Below, piece after piece: positions 49,408-58,707 of a DNA stretch of 64,000 nt. The notes under the pieces are model-generated. The model worked only from the letters and a program-made list of their open reading frames with translations. It was not told where the DNA came from and made no database searches. Numbering within the stretch: position 1 is the stretch's first letter; each line of letters begins with the position of its first letter. Source of the DNA: an uncultured Candidatus Rokubacteria bacterium (GTDB lineage: Bacteria > Methylomirabilota > Methylomirabilia > Rokubacteriales > DASRDR01); NCBI GenBank assembly GCA_963708025.1, contig CAVPSB010000014.1, positions 96,001 through 160,000 on the forward strand. The letters are read 5' to 3'. The translations under genes were made by a program, and so were the position numbers.

Positions 49408-50205
49408 CTACTTCACCTCCACTGAGCCCTTCATGTTCGGGTGGAGGCCGCAGATGTACTCGTAGACGCCGGCCGACGCGAAGCTGCGCGTGTGCGTCTG
49501 CCCCTTCAGCAGCATGTCGGAGCGCGCCTGACCCGTGACCGCCACCTGGTGGGGCGAGTCGTCGGTGTTGAGCCACGTCACCGATTGGCCCGGCGCCACC
49601 GTCAGCTTGCCCGGCCCGAAGACGAAGCCCGCGATCTTGACGTCGGCGGCCGGCGCCGCCGCGGCGGCGGGGGCGGCCGCGACCATCTGGCCGGCGATGC
49701 TGGAGTAGGAGATCACGAAGTCCCGGCCCTCGTGCGGCTTGTGGCACTCGAAGCAACCCTTGTAGTTGGCCTGCGTGTTCAGCTTCCCGTCCATCGAGAA
49801 GGCCGCGTACTCCCACTCGCCGTTCCGCAGGTCGCTCGGATACTCGGTGCCCCAGCCCTTCCGCTTCTCCATCACCGTGATGGCGACCGGGTCACCCTTG
49901 AGGAAACGGCCCCTGGCGTCCTTCGTCGGATTGCCCTGGGCGTCCACCTGGGCCTTGTACTGGACGAGGACCAGCACGGTGCCGTCGGGCAGCGGCCGGC
50001 CGGCCTTGGCCTCCGCCACCGCCTCCGACGAGGAGGCGTACAGCTCGCGGTACTGCTTGTTGTCGTAGCGATCCACGGTGTTGTAGAGCACGAAGCCCTT
50101 CCAGTTGGCCGGGAAGCCGATCTTCTCCGGCCCGGCGCTGGACGTGGCGGCCAGGCCCAGCAGGACGACCAGCGCGGCGGCGGCTCGGGTGACGGCTCGG
50201 TTCAT
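49408..50205 (-). CDS. Exported cytochrome P460/c'-beta family domain fused to an amicyanin-like cupredoxin
   Basis: GGAGG RBS, signal peptide, FPANW..PDGTVLV..GEWEYAAF..CFECH; Ala/Pro linker; DSPH...YICGLHPNM. Confidence 0.85.
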   Translation of the reverse strand: MNRAVTRAAAALVVLLGLAATSSAGPEKIGFPANWKGFVLYNTVDRYDNKQYRELYASSSEAVAEAKAGRPLPDGTVLVLVQYKAQVDAQGNPTKDARGRFLKGDPVAITVMEKRKGWGTEYPSDLRNGEWEYAAFSMDGKLNTQANYKGCFECHKPHEGRDFVISYSSIAGQMVAAAPAAAAAPAADVKIAGFVFGPGKLTVAPGQSVTWLNTDDSPHQVAVTGQARSDMLLKGQTHTRSFASAGVYEYICGLHPNMKGSVEVK

Positions 50206-50255
50206 GCGTTCCTCCCTCCGGTGAGTGTTGTGAACAACCTGTGAAGCACTCGGGT

Positions 50256-50335
50256 CCTCCGACACCCCCTCCCCCCCAGCCAGAGGCCGAAGGCCGTCCA
50301 TCGATGGGGAGGGGGGCTGGGGGGTGGGCGGGAGG
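50256..50335. repeat. Palindromic repeat, family B (second copy)
   Basis: Same arms as 22866-22927 with a longer loop containing GGCCGAAGGCC. Confidence 0.75.
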
Positions 50336-50356
50336 TCCCGAAATAACAAACGCCGG

Positions 50357-51124
50357 TCAGGCCCGCAAGGTTTCCAGGAAGCCGCGGGCGGCCCGGGCGA
50401 TCACGCTCCCGCTCGGCACCAGGAGGGCCTGGAAGCCGCGCTCGATGAGACGGCGGCCGTCCTCCGGATCGAGCGCCACGATCATCGCCGGGCGTCCGGC
50501 GTCACGGGCGGCCCGGGCGATGCGGTCCACCTCGGCCTGGACCCGGGGGTCGCTCCAGCCCCCGGGGATCCCCATGGAGAGCGCCAGGTCGGCGGGCCCG
50601 ATCAGGACCACGTCCACCCCGTCCACCCCCACCACGTCGGGCAGCACGTCCAGCGCCTCGCGGTCCTCGACGATCGGCAGGAACAGGGTCTCCTCGTTGG
50701 CGCGCCGGAGATAGTCGGCCGGCGATTGCGTCACGCCGTAGAACGCGGCGCGCGACATGGTGCTGGCACCGCGCGTGCCCCGGGGCGGGTACTTGATCGC
50801 CTGGACCGCGGCCTCGGCGGCGGCCTTGCTCGCGACGTTGGGGACGATGATGCCGCCCGCCCCCACGTCGAGGTACTCGAGGATCACCGACGGGTCGTTC
50901 CGCGGCACGCGCACCAGCGGCGTCATGCCGGTCAGCTCGGCGGCGCGGATCAGCTCCCGCGCGCTCTCGACGGTGAGGCCGCCGTGCTGGCCGTCCAGGA
51001 ACACGAAATCGTAGCCGAGGTGCCCGAACAGCTCGACCAGCTCGGCACTCTGGATCGTCAGCAGCACGCCGACCACCCGCCGGCCTTCACGGAGCTTCGC
51101 CTTCAGGCTGTTGGCTCGCATCAC
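50357..51124 (-). CDS. HpcH/HpaI aldolase (second copy)
   Basis: DGQHG, VRVP, KYPPRGTRG, IGPADLALSMG. Confidence 0.9.
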   Translation of the reverse strand: MMRANSLKAKLREGRRVVGVLLTIQSAELVELFGHLGYDFVFLDGQHGGLTVESARELIRAAELTGMTPLVRVPRNDPSVILEYLDVGAGGIIVPNVASKAAAEAAVQAIKYPPRGTRGASTMSRAAFYGVTQSPADYLRRANEETLFLPIVEDREALDVLPDVVGVDGVDVVLIGPADLALSMGIPGGWSDPRVQAEVDRIARAARDAGRPAMIVALDPEDGRRLIERGFQALLVPSGSVIARAARGFLETLRA

Positions 51125-51170
51125 CGTCTCTCCGGGCCCCTAGTGTACCGCAGCGGTATAGTCGAGGAGG

Positions 51171-52283
51171 TTAGGCCAAGACGGCGGAGAGCGGGGTCGG
51201 CGCCTCGCCGAGCGCTTCCGCGACACGCGGGTGGACGATCTTCCCGGCCCAGACGTTGACGCCCTTGGCCAGGGCCGGGTTCTCGCGCACCGCCGCCGCC
51301 ACCCCGCGGTTCGCCAGCAGGAGGACGTAGGGCAGGGTGGCGTTGGTGAGGGCGAAGGTCGAGGTGCGGGGCACCAGGGCCGGCATGTTCGCCACCCCGT
51401 AGTGGACGACGCCGCCCACCCGGTAGATCGGCTCCAGCAGCGTGGTCGGCCGGATGGTGGCGATGCAGCCGCCCTGATCGACGGCCACGTCGACGACCAC
51501 GGCGCCCTCCTTCATCCGGCGCACCATCGCCTCCGTCACCAGCACCGGCGCCCGGGCGCCGGCGATGAGGACGGCGCCGATCAGGAGGTCGGCCCGCTGG
51601 ACGACCTGGTCGACGTTGTAGCTGTTCGAGAAGATCGTGACGGCCTGACGGCCGAAGAGGTCGTCCACGTAGCGGAGCCGGTCGAGGTTGACGTCGAGGA
51701 TCGAGACGTCGGCGCCGAGGCCGACGGCAGTCCGGCACGCGTTGAGACCCACCGTGCCGGCGCCGAGGATGACGACGTTGCCGGGCGGCACCCCGGGCAC
51801 GCCCGATAGCAGGATACCGCGCCCACCGTGCGCCTTGCCGAGATAGAAGGCGCCCTCCTGGACGGCGAGTCGTCCCGCGACCTCGCTCATCGGGGTCAGG
51901 AGCGGGAGGCTCCCGTCCGGACGCTCGACCGTCTCGTAGGCGATCGCGATGACGTCGGTCCGGCGGAGCACGGCGGCCAGCTCCGGGGCCGGCGCCAGGT
52001 GGAGGTACGTGAAGAGGACCTGGCCGGGCCGGAGGCGCCCGTGCTCGGGCTCGATCGGCTCCTTCACCTTGAGCACCAGCTCGGCCTGTCGCCAGACCTC
52101 CTCGACCCCGACGAGGACCGCGCCGACGGCGGCGTACTCGTCGTCACGGAAGACGCTGCCGACCCCGGCCTCGCGCTCGACGAGCACCCGGTGCCCGGCC
52201 TCGGCCAGGGCGCCGGCGCCGGCCGGCGTGAGCGCGACGCGCTGCTCGCCGGGCTTGATCTCGCGCGGAACCCCCACGATCAT
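51171..52283 (-). CDS. ald: Alanine dehydrogenase
   Basis: GVPREIK..EQRVALTP, KVKEP, FTYLHLA, PMSEVAG, VANMPA. Confidence 0.95.
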   Translation of the reverse strand: MIVGVPREIKPGEQRVALTPAGAGALAEAGHRVLVEREAGVGSVFRDDEYAAVGAVLVGVEEVWRQAELVLKVKEPIEPEHGRLRPGQVLFTYLHLAPAPELAAVLRRTDVIAIAYETVERPDGSLPLLTPMSEVAGRLAVQEGAFYLGKAHGGRGILLSGVPGVPPGNVVILGAGTVGLNACRTAVGLGADVSILDVNLDRLRYVDDLFGRQAVTIFSNSYNVDQVVQRADLLIGAVLIAGARAPVLVTEAMVRRMKEGAVVVDVAVDQGGCIATIRPTTLLEPIYRVGGVVHYGVANMPALVPRTSTFALTNATLPYVLLLANRGVAAAVRENPALAKGVNVWAGKIVHPRVAEALGEAPTPLSAVLA

Positions 52284-52419
52284 GGCGGACCTCCCTGTCT
52301 CTTGTACCCCGAACGCCGGGAGAAATCCACGCGGGGGAGGGCCCGGTCGGCTTGACGGGCCCGGTGGCGCGGCGTAGCTTCTACCCACCGTTCGACTCGA
52401 TGCAACTCGGGAGGGGACG

Positions 52420-52758
52420 ATGCCCGATGCCCGCGGCGGTGACGTGCCGTTCCCGCGCTGGTTGATGATCGTGCGGCGCGACGAGAACACGCTCTACGAG
52501 AGCCTCGCGCTCAGCTTCCGGTTCAGCGACCGCGTGGACGTGCTGGTCGACCGTCGGGAGGACGACGTCCGGAGGTCGCCCAAGCCCATCAAGAGCGAGC
52601 GCCGGCGCCGGATCACGGCGAGGGAGCGTGCCCTCTGGAAGCACGTGGGGTTCCGCCTGATCTTCATCCCCGGCGAGCATGCCGAGACGGCGCCCGCCCC
52701 CCGGGCCGGGCGCTCCCGGCCCCGCCCGCGACGCCAGCCCCGGGCCGGCGACGCGTAG
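52420..52758 (+). CDS. Hypothetical protein
   Basis: TTGACG-17-TAGCTT at 52352-52380, GGGAGG RBS, GC-rich third codon positions. Confidence 0.6.
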   Translation: MPDARGGDVPFPRWLMIVRRDENTLYESLALSFRFSDRVDVLVDRREDDVRRSPKPIKSERRRRITARERALWKHVGFRLIFIPGEHAETAPAPRAGRSRPRPRRQPRAGDA

Positions 52759-52815
52759 CGGGGGCGTTCTCATTTGGGAGCATACCGATGTTAGGCGCAT
52801 TGCGCCGAGCGGCGT

Positions 52816-53019
52816 ATGCTCATCTGCGTGGTGCGACGCCGCGATGAGCCGAAGGTGCTCGATACCGGCCGCGTCACACTCGCCATGCGGGCGCGCCAGA
52901 CCGACGGCGGCCGCTTCCCCTTCCTGAGATCGGATCGCCGCCGCTACACTGTCGCCGCCCTCGCCGCTGCCCTCGCCATCGCCGCCCTCGCCGGCCTGCT
53001 GCTCGTCGCCGTCCGCTAG
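52816..53019 (+). CDS. Small hypothetical protein with C-terminal TM helix
   Basis: 67 aa ORF ending in a hydrophobic stretch. Confidence 0.35.
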   Translation: MLICVVRRRDEPKVLDTGRVTLAMRARQTDGGRFPFLRSDRRRYTVAALAAALAIAALAGLLLVAVR

Positions 53020-53063
53020 ATCCTTCGAACTCCGCAGGAGTCGCTACGGCGCGGCGGCCGGCC

Positions 53064-54299
53064 TCACTCGTACCGGAGCGCCTCGATGGGGTCGAGCCGC
53101 GCGGCCTGCTGCGCGGGGTAGAACCCAAAGAACACGCCCACGACGACGGCGAACGCGAAGGCCATCGCCACGGCCTGGACGGACACCTCCGTGGACCACT
53201 CGGCCATGGCGCCGATCACGAGCGAGACCAGGACCCCGAGCCCGATGCCGATGAGCCCGCCCAACGCCGAGAGGGTCATCGCCTCGACGAGGAACTGCGC
53301 CAGGATGTCGCGTCCCCGGGCGCCGACTGCCATGCGGAGGCCGATCTCGCGCGTCCGTTCGGTGACGGAGACCAGCATGATGTTCATGATGCCGATCCCG
53401 CCGACGAGGAGCGACACGGAGGCGATGGCCGCCAGCAGCGTTGTCATGACCTGGGCGGACTCCTCCTGGGCGGCGAACAGCTCCGCCAGGATGCGGACCT
53501 GGAAGTCGTCGTCCTGGCCCGGCTGGAGGCGATGGCGCTGGCGGAGAAGCTCGCGGATCTGGTCGCTGGCCTCGTCCATGAGCGCCGCGTCCCGGACCCG
53601 CACGGTCACCGATACGATCGCACGGGGGTTCGACCGGTTGACGCCGAGGACCTTCCGCTTGGCCGTCGAAAGCGGGATGAGGACCGCGTCGTCCTGGTCC
53701 TGGCCCACGACGTTCTGGCCCTTCGGCTCGAGGACGCCGACCACGGTGAAGGGGACGTTCTTGATCCGGATCATCTGACCGACCGGTTCGGCGTCGGCGA
53801 ACAAGCTGCGCCACACCGTGTCCCCCAGCACGGCGACCTTGGTGGCGGCGTCGACGTCCTCGGCGCTGAACATCTCGCCGCTGGCGACGCCCCACTCTCG
53901 GGCGTCGAGATACTCCGGCGTGACCCCGTGGAGCCACGTCGACCAGTTGAGGTTGCCGTAGACCGCCTGGACGGGTCCGCGGACCGAGGGTGCCGCCACC
54001 TCGACAGCCGGCGCCTCGATGGCGATGGCGCGGGCGTCGTCCTGAGTGAGCGTCTGCTGGCTGCCGAGGCCCCAGCGGATGCCGCCCGAGGTGCTCGAGC
54101 CGGGGGAGACGATGATGAGGTTCGACCCCACGGAGCGGATCTGCGCGGCGATGCGCTGCTGGGCACCGCTGCCCACCGACACCATGGCGATCACCGCCGC
54201 GACACCCATGATGATACCGAGCATGGTGAGCGTCGTCCGGAGCTTGTTCACCCGCAGCGCGCTGAGGGCCATGCCCACCGCCGCCCAGGCGGCCGTCAC
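53064..54299 (-). CDS. MacB/FtsX-type ABC permease
   Basis: NKLRTTLTMLGII, SLLVGGIGIMNIMLVSVTERTREIG, LDPIEALRYE. Confidence 0.93.
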   Translation of the reverse strand: MTAAWAAVGMALSALRVNKLRTTLTMLGIIMGVAAVIAMVSVGSGAQQRIAAQIRSVGSNLIIVSPGSSTSGGIRWGLGSQQTLTQDDARAIAIEAPAVEVAAPSVRGPVQAVYGNLNWSTWLHGVTPEYLDAREWGVASGEMFSAEDVDAATKVAVLGDTVWRSLFADAEPVGQMIRIKNVPFTVVGVLEPKGQNVVGQDQDDAVLIPLSTAKRKVLGVNRSNPRAIVSVTVRVRDAALMDEASDQIRELLRQRHRLQPGQDDDFQVRILAELFAAQEESAQVMTTLLAAIASVSLLVGGIGIMNIMLVSVTERTREIGLRMAVGARGRDILAQFLVEAMTLSALGGLIGIGLGVLVSLVIGAMAEWSTEVSVQAVAMAFAFAVVVGVFFGFYPAQQAARLDPIEALRYE

Positions 54300-54496
54300 G
54301 CCACGGCCTCCTCGACCCGGGTGGCCAGCTCGGCCTCGGCGTCGGTCGGATTGGCCACCGGCGTATCCGCCCGCACGCGGCCGTCCCGGAACGTGATCAC
54401 CTGGGAGGCGTGGCGGGCGATGTCATCCTCATGGGTGACCGGCACGACGGTGATACCGCCGCCGTTCAGCCGTTGCAGGATCGCCATGATCTCGAC
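54296..54496 (-). pseudogene. C-terminal remnant of a MacB/LolD-type ATPase
   Basis: VEIMAILQRLN..GITVVPVTHE (H-loop)..FRDGRV; Walker A, Walker B and signature motifs absent. Confidence 0.8.
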
Positions 54497-54769
54497 GCGA
54501 AATAGGAACGCGCCACCTCCGGCCACCTCCGGTGGGGCGGCGAGCGTCCGGCCAGGTCCGGCCTCCCTCAGCCTCCCCCACCCCGGCCCCCGGGACGGCC
54601 CACTTCGTCGGGCCGAAGCCGAGCGTCGGCCTCGCGATCGCCCGTGACCCCGAGCCATCCTGCCCCGGCGCGGACTCGCGGTCAAGGAGCGGGCGGAGGG
54701 GTGCGGTGGCGGGGCCCCGGTGGGGCCCCCGGCGAGAGAGACCCCTCGAGGGTCTGGCCGAGCGGCGGT

Positions 54770-55865
54770 CTACGCCCCTCTTGGGGTGCCGACCAGGTAG
54801 CGCCGGCCCGTCTGGCGCAGCCAGGCGAGATTCTTGGCACTCGTCATGCCGCGATCCATGACCCAGATCCGCTGGGCGGCCCCATAGCGGGTCTCCATGG
54901 TTTCGACAATCTCGCGGACCGTGGTCACGTCGGTGCGGTTGCCGGCGAACAGCTCGTAGCCCAGCGGCAGGCCCTCACGGGTGACGACCAGGGCGATGCA
55001 CACCTGGGGGCAGTCCGGCCGATGATCCCGGCTGTGGCCGCGCTGCGCCAGGGGATTCCGCGTCGCCTGGCCCTCGAAGTAGGTGCTGGTCACGTCGTAG
55101 AGCAGCAGGTCATAGTCGAGGGCGAAGAGCTCCCCGAGCCGCGCGACCAAGTGCTGCTCGAGGGCCGTCTTGTGGGCAGCAGCCGATCCAGGGCGCGATA
55201 GCAGCGGTCGTCGTTGACCAGCGGCGCCGGCAGGGCGAGCAGATCTTCGAGGGCGGTCCGGCGATACCAGTCTTCGGCGATGTGCAGCTCGCTGGAGGGC
55301 TCGCACAGCCGGGCGAGCACCAGGACGGCGGCCATCGTCGCCCACGGCACCTCCGCCCGGCCGGCCGGCAGCAGCCGCTCGCACACCTCGTCCAGGCGGA
55401 GGGCGCGCCAGAGCGTCCAGCCGAGCCAGACGTCGCCGAAGGCCCGCCCGCGCTCGACCCGCACGCGATCGAGTCGGACACGCATCGGTGCGGTCGGGGG
55501 CTCGGCTGGCGTGAAGAGATCGCCCTGCTCCCGGTCCCCAGTGATCGCGCGCGCCAAGGCCTTGGCCCGGGCGCGGCCCTCAACGTCCAGTTCCCCGAGG
55601 TGCGCGACGGTCTGCTGGATCACCCTGCGTCCCACGCGCACCGAGCGGACCAGCCGCCAGTACGTGTGGGTCTTCCCATCCTTCACGCGCGTCGTGTGGC
55701 GCAGGTACATCTACCCCGCATATGCGCCTGCCGCTGGAAGGAAGTCAACGCACTTGGTCGGCACTACACGCGCCCTCAGCGATCGCGGGCACGACCATCC
55801 GCGCACTTACGTGCCGAGCGACCCCGGAATCACCCGGGGCCGCTCGCCTTACTGCGGAAGTTGGG
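54770..55865 (-). mobile_element. Truncated IS1634-family element (transposase starts at 55710, frameshift near 55175)
   Basis: MYLRHTTRVKDGKTHTYWRLV, LYDVTSTYFEG, GHSRDHRPD, VMDRGM; C-terminal part missing. Putative end CCCAACTTCCGCAG abuts CTAG at 55866. Confidence 0.85.
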
Positions 55866-55929
55866 CTAGCGCCGCTGTTGACCCCGCCCCACCTCCCGCC
55901 GTAGCATCCCGGCTACCGGGAGGTGGCTC

Positions 55930-56058
55930 GTGAAGCGGTCAGCCGTCACCCTGCTCGCCCTTGCCCTCCTCGCCGCGCCGCTCGCCGCTCAGGCACAACA
56001 GGCGGGGAAGGTGTACCGGATCGGGCTCCTACCCCCGGCGCGACCGCCTTCAGCCTAG
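55930..56058 (+). pseudogene. N-terminal stub of a Trp/Tyr-type ABC binding protein
   Basis: GGAGG RBS; MKRSAVTLLALALLAAPLAAQAQQAGKVYRIGLL, then a stop after 42 aa. Confidence 0.7.
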
Positions 56059-56064
56059 CGCTCC

Positions 56065-56967
56065 ATGCCCAGACGCCCGCCCGCCAGACCCAGGCCAGCA
56101 CCACGCGAGTCGGCGGGTGCCGAGCTCTTCGGGGTGCCGCTCGGCGAGTTCACCCGTGCTCGCGACGCGCTGGCGGCGCGCCTGCGCCAGGCTGGCCAAC
56201 CGGATGCCGCCGCGGCGATCAAGCGCCTCACGAAGCCGACCTCGCCGGTGTGGGCGATCAATCAGACCGCGCGGCAGGACGCCGGGGCCGTCCAGGCGTT
56301 CCTCGACGCGGTGGACCGACTCCGGGCGGTTCAGGACGGGCGGGGGTCGGGCGACGTGGGGGCCGCCACGGCGGCGGAGCGGGCAGCGTTCCGCCGAATC
56401 ATGGATGGCGTGCGCGAGCGGCTCACGGCGGCGGGCTTTCGCGCGTCACCGGAGCTGCTGGCCCGGGTGACCGCCACGCTCCGGGGTGCGGCGGCGGACC
56501 CGGCGCGGCAGGAGGAGTTGACGCGCGGCACGCTGACGGTGGAGCTGCAGGCGCCGGGGTTCGAAGCGTTGGCCGGCGGGGCGCCGCCAGCCGAGATGGT
56601 TGGACGCGCCGAAAACCCCGTCGCGCAGCCCCCTCGGAACGAGACGGCCGCCGAGCGCCGAGACCGTGAGCGGCGGGAGCGGGCCCGCGAGGCCCTCCGG
56701 GTCGCGGAGTCGGACGTGGCGAGCTGGGAGTGCCGCGCGCAGGCGCTCGAGGCGGCGGTTGCCGAGCGGCGTCACGCCGTCGAGTTGGCCGGACACGCGG
56801 TTGAGGAGCTTCGAGCCCGGCTCACTGAAGCTCAGCGGCACCTCGACCAGGAGGAGCAGGCAGCGGAACAGGCTGAGCGCGAAGCCGAGCGAGCCCGGCG
56901 AGACGTCGAGCGGGCGACGGCACGACGCCGAGCGGCTGAACAGGCACTTCGGCGGGTACGGGAGTAA
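56065..56967 (+). CDS. Hypothetical protein with C-terminal coiled coil
   Basis: 300 aa ORF; ELFGVPLGEFTRARDALA..KPTSPVWAINQ; A/E/R-rich tail. Confidence 0.7.
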   Translation: MPRRPPARPRPAPRESAGAELFGVPLGEFTRARDALAARLRQAGQPDAAAAIKRLTKPTSPVWAINQTARQDAGAVQAFLDAVDRLRAVQDGRGSGDVGAATAAERAAFRRIMDGVRERLTAAGFRASPELLARVTATLRGAAADPARQEELTRGTLTVELQAPGFEALAGGAPPAEMVGRAENPVAQPPRNETAAERRDRERRERAREALRVAESDVASWECRAQALEAAVAERRHAVELAGHAVEELRARLTEAQRHLDQEEQAAEQAEREAERARRDVERATARRRAAEQALRRVRE

Positions 56968-56976
56968 TCGGAGACA

Positions 56977-57045
56977 GTCCGGGAGCAGGTTTGGCACCAC
57001 TCGATCAAGTTGACCGTCGATACCTACGGGCACTTGGTGCCTGGC
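56977..57045 (+). pseudogene. Tyrosine recombinase C-terminal remnant
   Basis: VREQVWHHSIKLTVDTYGHLVPG resembles the integrase box II pattern QLGH.SI.LTVDTYGH. Confidence 0.65.
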
Positions 57046-57069
57046 TTCTTCGGCAACATCGGCCCCGCC

Positions 57070-58462
57070 CTAGGCGGGGAGGTTGGGGCGGCGCCTGTGC
57101 CAGTCGGCTTACTTGCTGGTAGGCGTGGGCCACGCGGAGGAGCGTCGGCTCGGCCCAGGCGGGGCCCGCGAGCTGGAGCCCGATCGGCAGCCCCTGGCCA
57201 TCGAAGCCACACGGCGCCGTGAGAGCCGGCACGCCGGCCAGGTTGAACGGCGCCATGAAGTTGCGCGGCGAGAGCGCGTCGAGGTGCTTGCCGGCGGCGT
57301 CCATGCGCGGAGCGGTCTGATCCCGCCCGGGTAGCGCGAGCAGGTCCACGCGCTGGAAGCTTCGGCGGAGCGCGAAGCGGAGCCGCCCGGCGGCTCGCTG
57401 GGCATCGACGTAGTCGGGGGCCGGCGTCGCGGCGCCGCTCTCGAGCCGCTCGCGGACCTGGGGGATCAGGTCGGCGGCGCGCTCCTTCAGCACCGTCCGG
57501 TACTCCGCCGCCGCCTCGCAGCGGATGAGCACGTGGCTCGCGTCCACGGCCGCCGGCCACTCGGGAATCTCCACGTCCTGGACCACCACGCCGAGGCGCT
57601 GCAGCTCGCCCATGGCCGCGGTGACGGCGGCGGCGATGGCGGGGGGAAGCGCGTCGCGGAAATAGCCGCCGAGCCACCCGACCCGCAGCCCCCGGACCGG
57701 GGCCGCCAGCCCCGCCAAGTAGTCGGGGACCGCCTGGTCGGCCGACGTGGGATCTTCGGGATCGTGGCCGGCGATGGCGCCCAGCAGCAGCGCGGCGTCC
57801 TCGGCCGAGCGGGTCATGGGGCCGACGTGGTCGAGCGAGGTCGCCAGCGCGATGACCCCGCGCAGCGGGACGCGGCCCCACGTGGGCTTGAGCCCGGTGA
57901 TGCCGGACCAGTGCGCCGGCCCGCGGATCGAGCCGCCGGTGTCGCTCCCCAGCGCGCCGGGGACGAGGCCACCGGCCAGCGCGGCGGCGGCGCCCATGCT
58001 CGAGCCGCCGGTGAAGCGCTCGAGGTCCCAGGGGTTCCGCGAGGGGCCGTAGTGGTAGGCATCGAGCGGGCCGTAGGCGAACTCCGGCGTGTTGGTCTTG
58101 CCGAAGACGACCGCCCCCGCCGCCCGCAGCCGGGTCACGACGCTGGCGTCGGCATCGGGCACGAAGTCGGCGAGCACCTTCGAGCCCCCGGTGGTCCGCT
58201 GGCCCGCCGTCCAGCAGAGGTCCTTGACGGCGATCGGCACTCCGTGGAGACGGCCGCGCACGCGGCCGGCCGCCAGCTCGGCCTCGGCGACGCGGGCTTC
58301 GGCGAGGATGCGCTCGGGGTCCAGCGTGATGAAGGCGTTCAGGTGGGGCTCGAGCCGCTCGCAGCGCGCGAGCAGCGCCCGGCACAGCTCGACGGGCGAC
58401 AGCTCGCGCCGGGCCAGGCGCGGCGCCAGCTCGGCGATTCCGAGGTAAGCCAGCTCGTCCAC
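57070..58462 (-). CDS. Amidase signature family protein (GatA-like), frameshift near 57107
   Basis: GVPIAVKD, GKTNTPEF, TGGSSMG, GSDTGGSIR; shifted end DWHRRRPNLPA-stop. Confidence 0.9.
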
Positions 58463-58470
58463 GGTCCCCT

Positions 58471-58686
58471 CTAGCGTAAGCCTTCCTGCTCGCGGAGTCG
58501 CTGGATGGCCTCGATCCCAAGCTGCCTGACCCGCAGGGCAGCCCGTCGCGCCCGCTCGGCACGGCGGGCGCGCTCGGCCGGCGGCACGCGCATGTTGGAG
58601 CGGATCAGCGAGAGATCGACCCCGTGCTCGTCGTACTGGCCCGGGGCACCGAACGGGCGCCCCGCCTCGCGATCGCGCTCATCCAT
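58471..58686 (-). CDS. Small hypothetical protein
   Basis: GVDLSLIRSNMRVPPAERARR motif. Confidence 0.6.
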   Translation of the reverse strand: MDERDREAGRPFGAPGQYDEHGVDLSLIRSNMRVPPAERARRAERARRAALRVRQLGIEAIQRLREQEGLR

Positions 58687-58707
58687 GACGGCCCGCGTCC
58701 CCCACGG

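Noticed and set aside
52778-52821. attC site suggested by GTTAGGC
   Set aside because: No upstream RYYYAAC or paired L boxes.
54500-54770. tRNA or second IS end
   Set aside because: No T-loop or cloverleaf, and no inverted copy of the 55851-55865 end.
57070-58462. gatA
   Set aside because: No gatB or gatC adjacent; appears to be a generic amidase.
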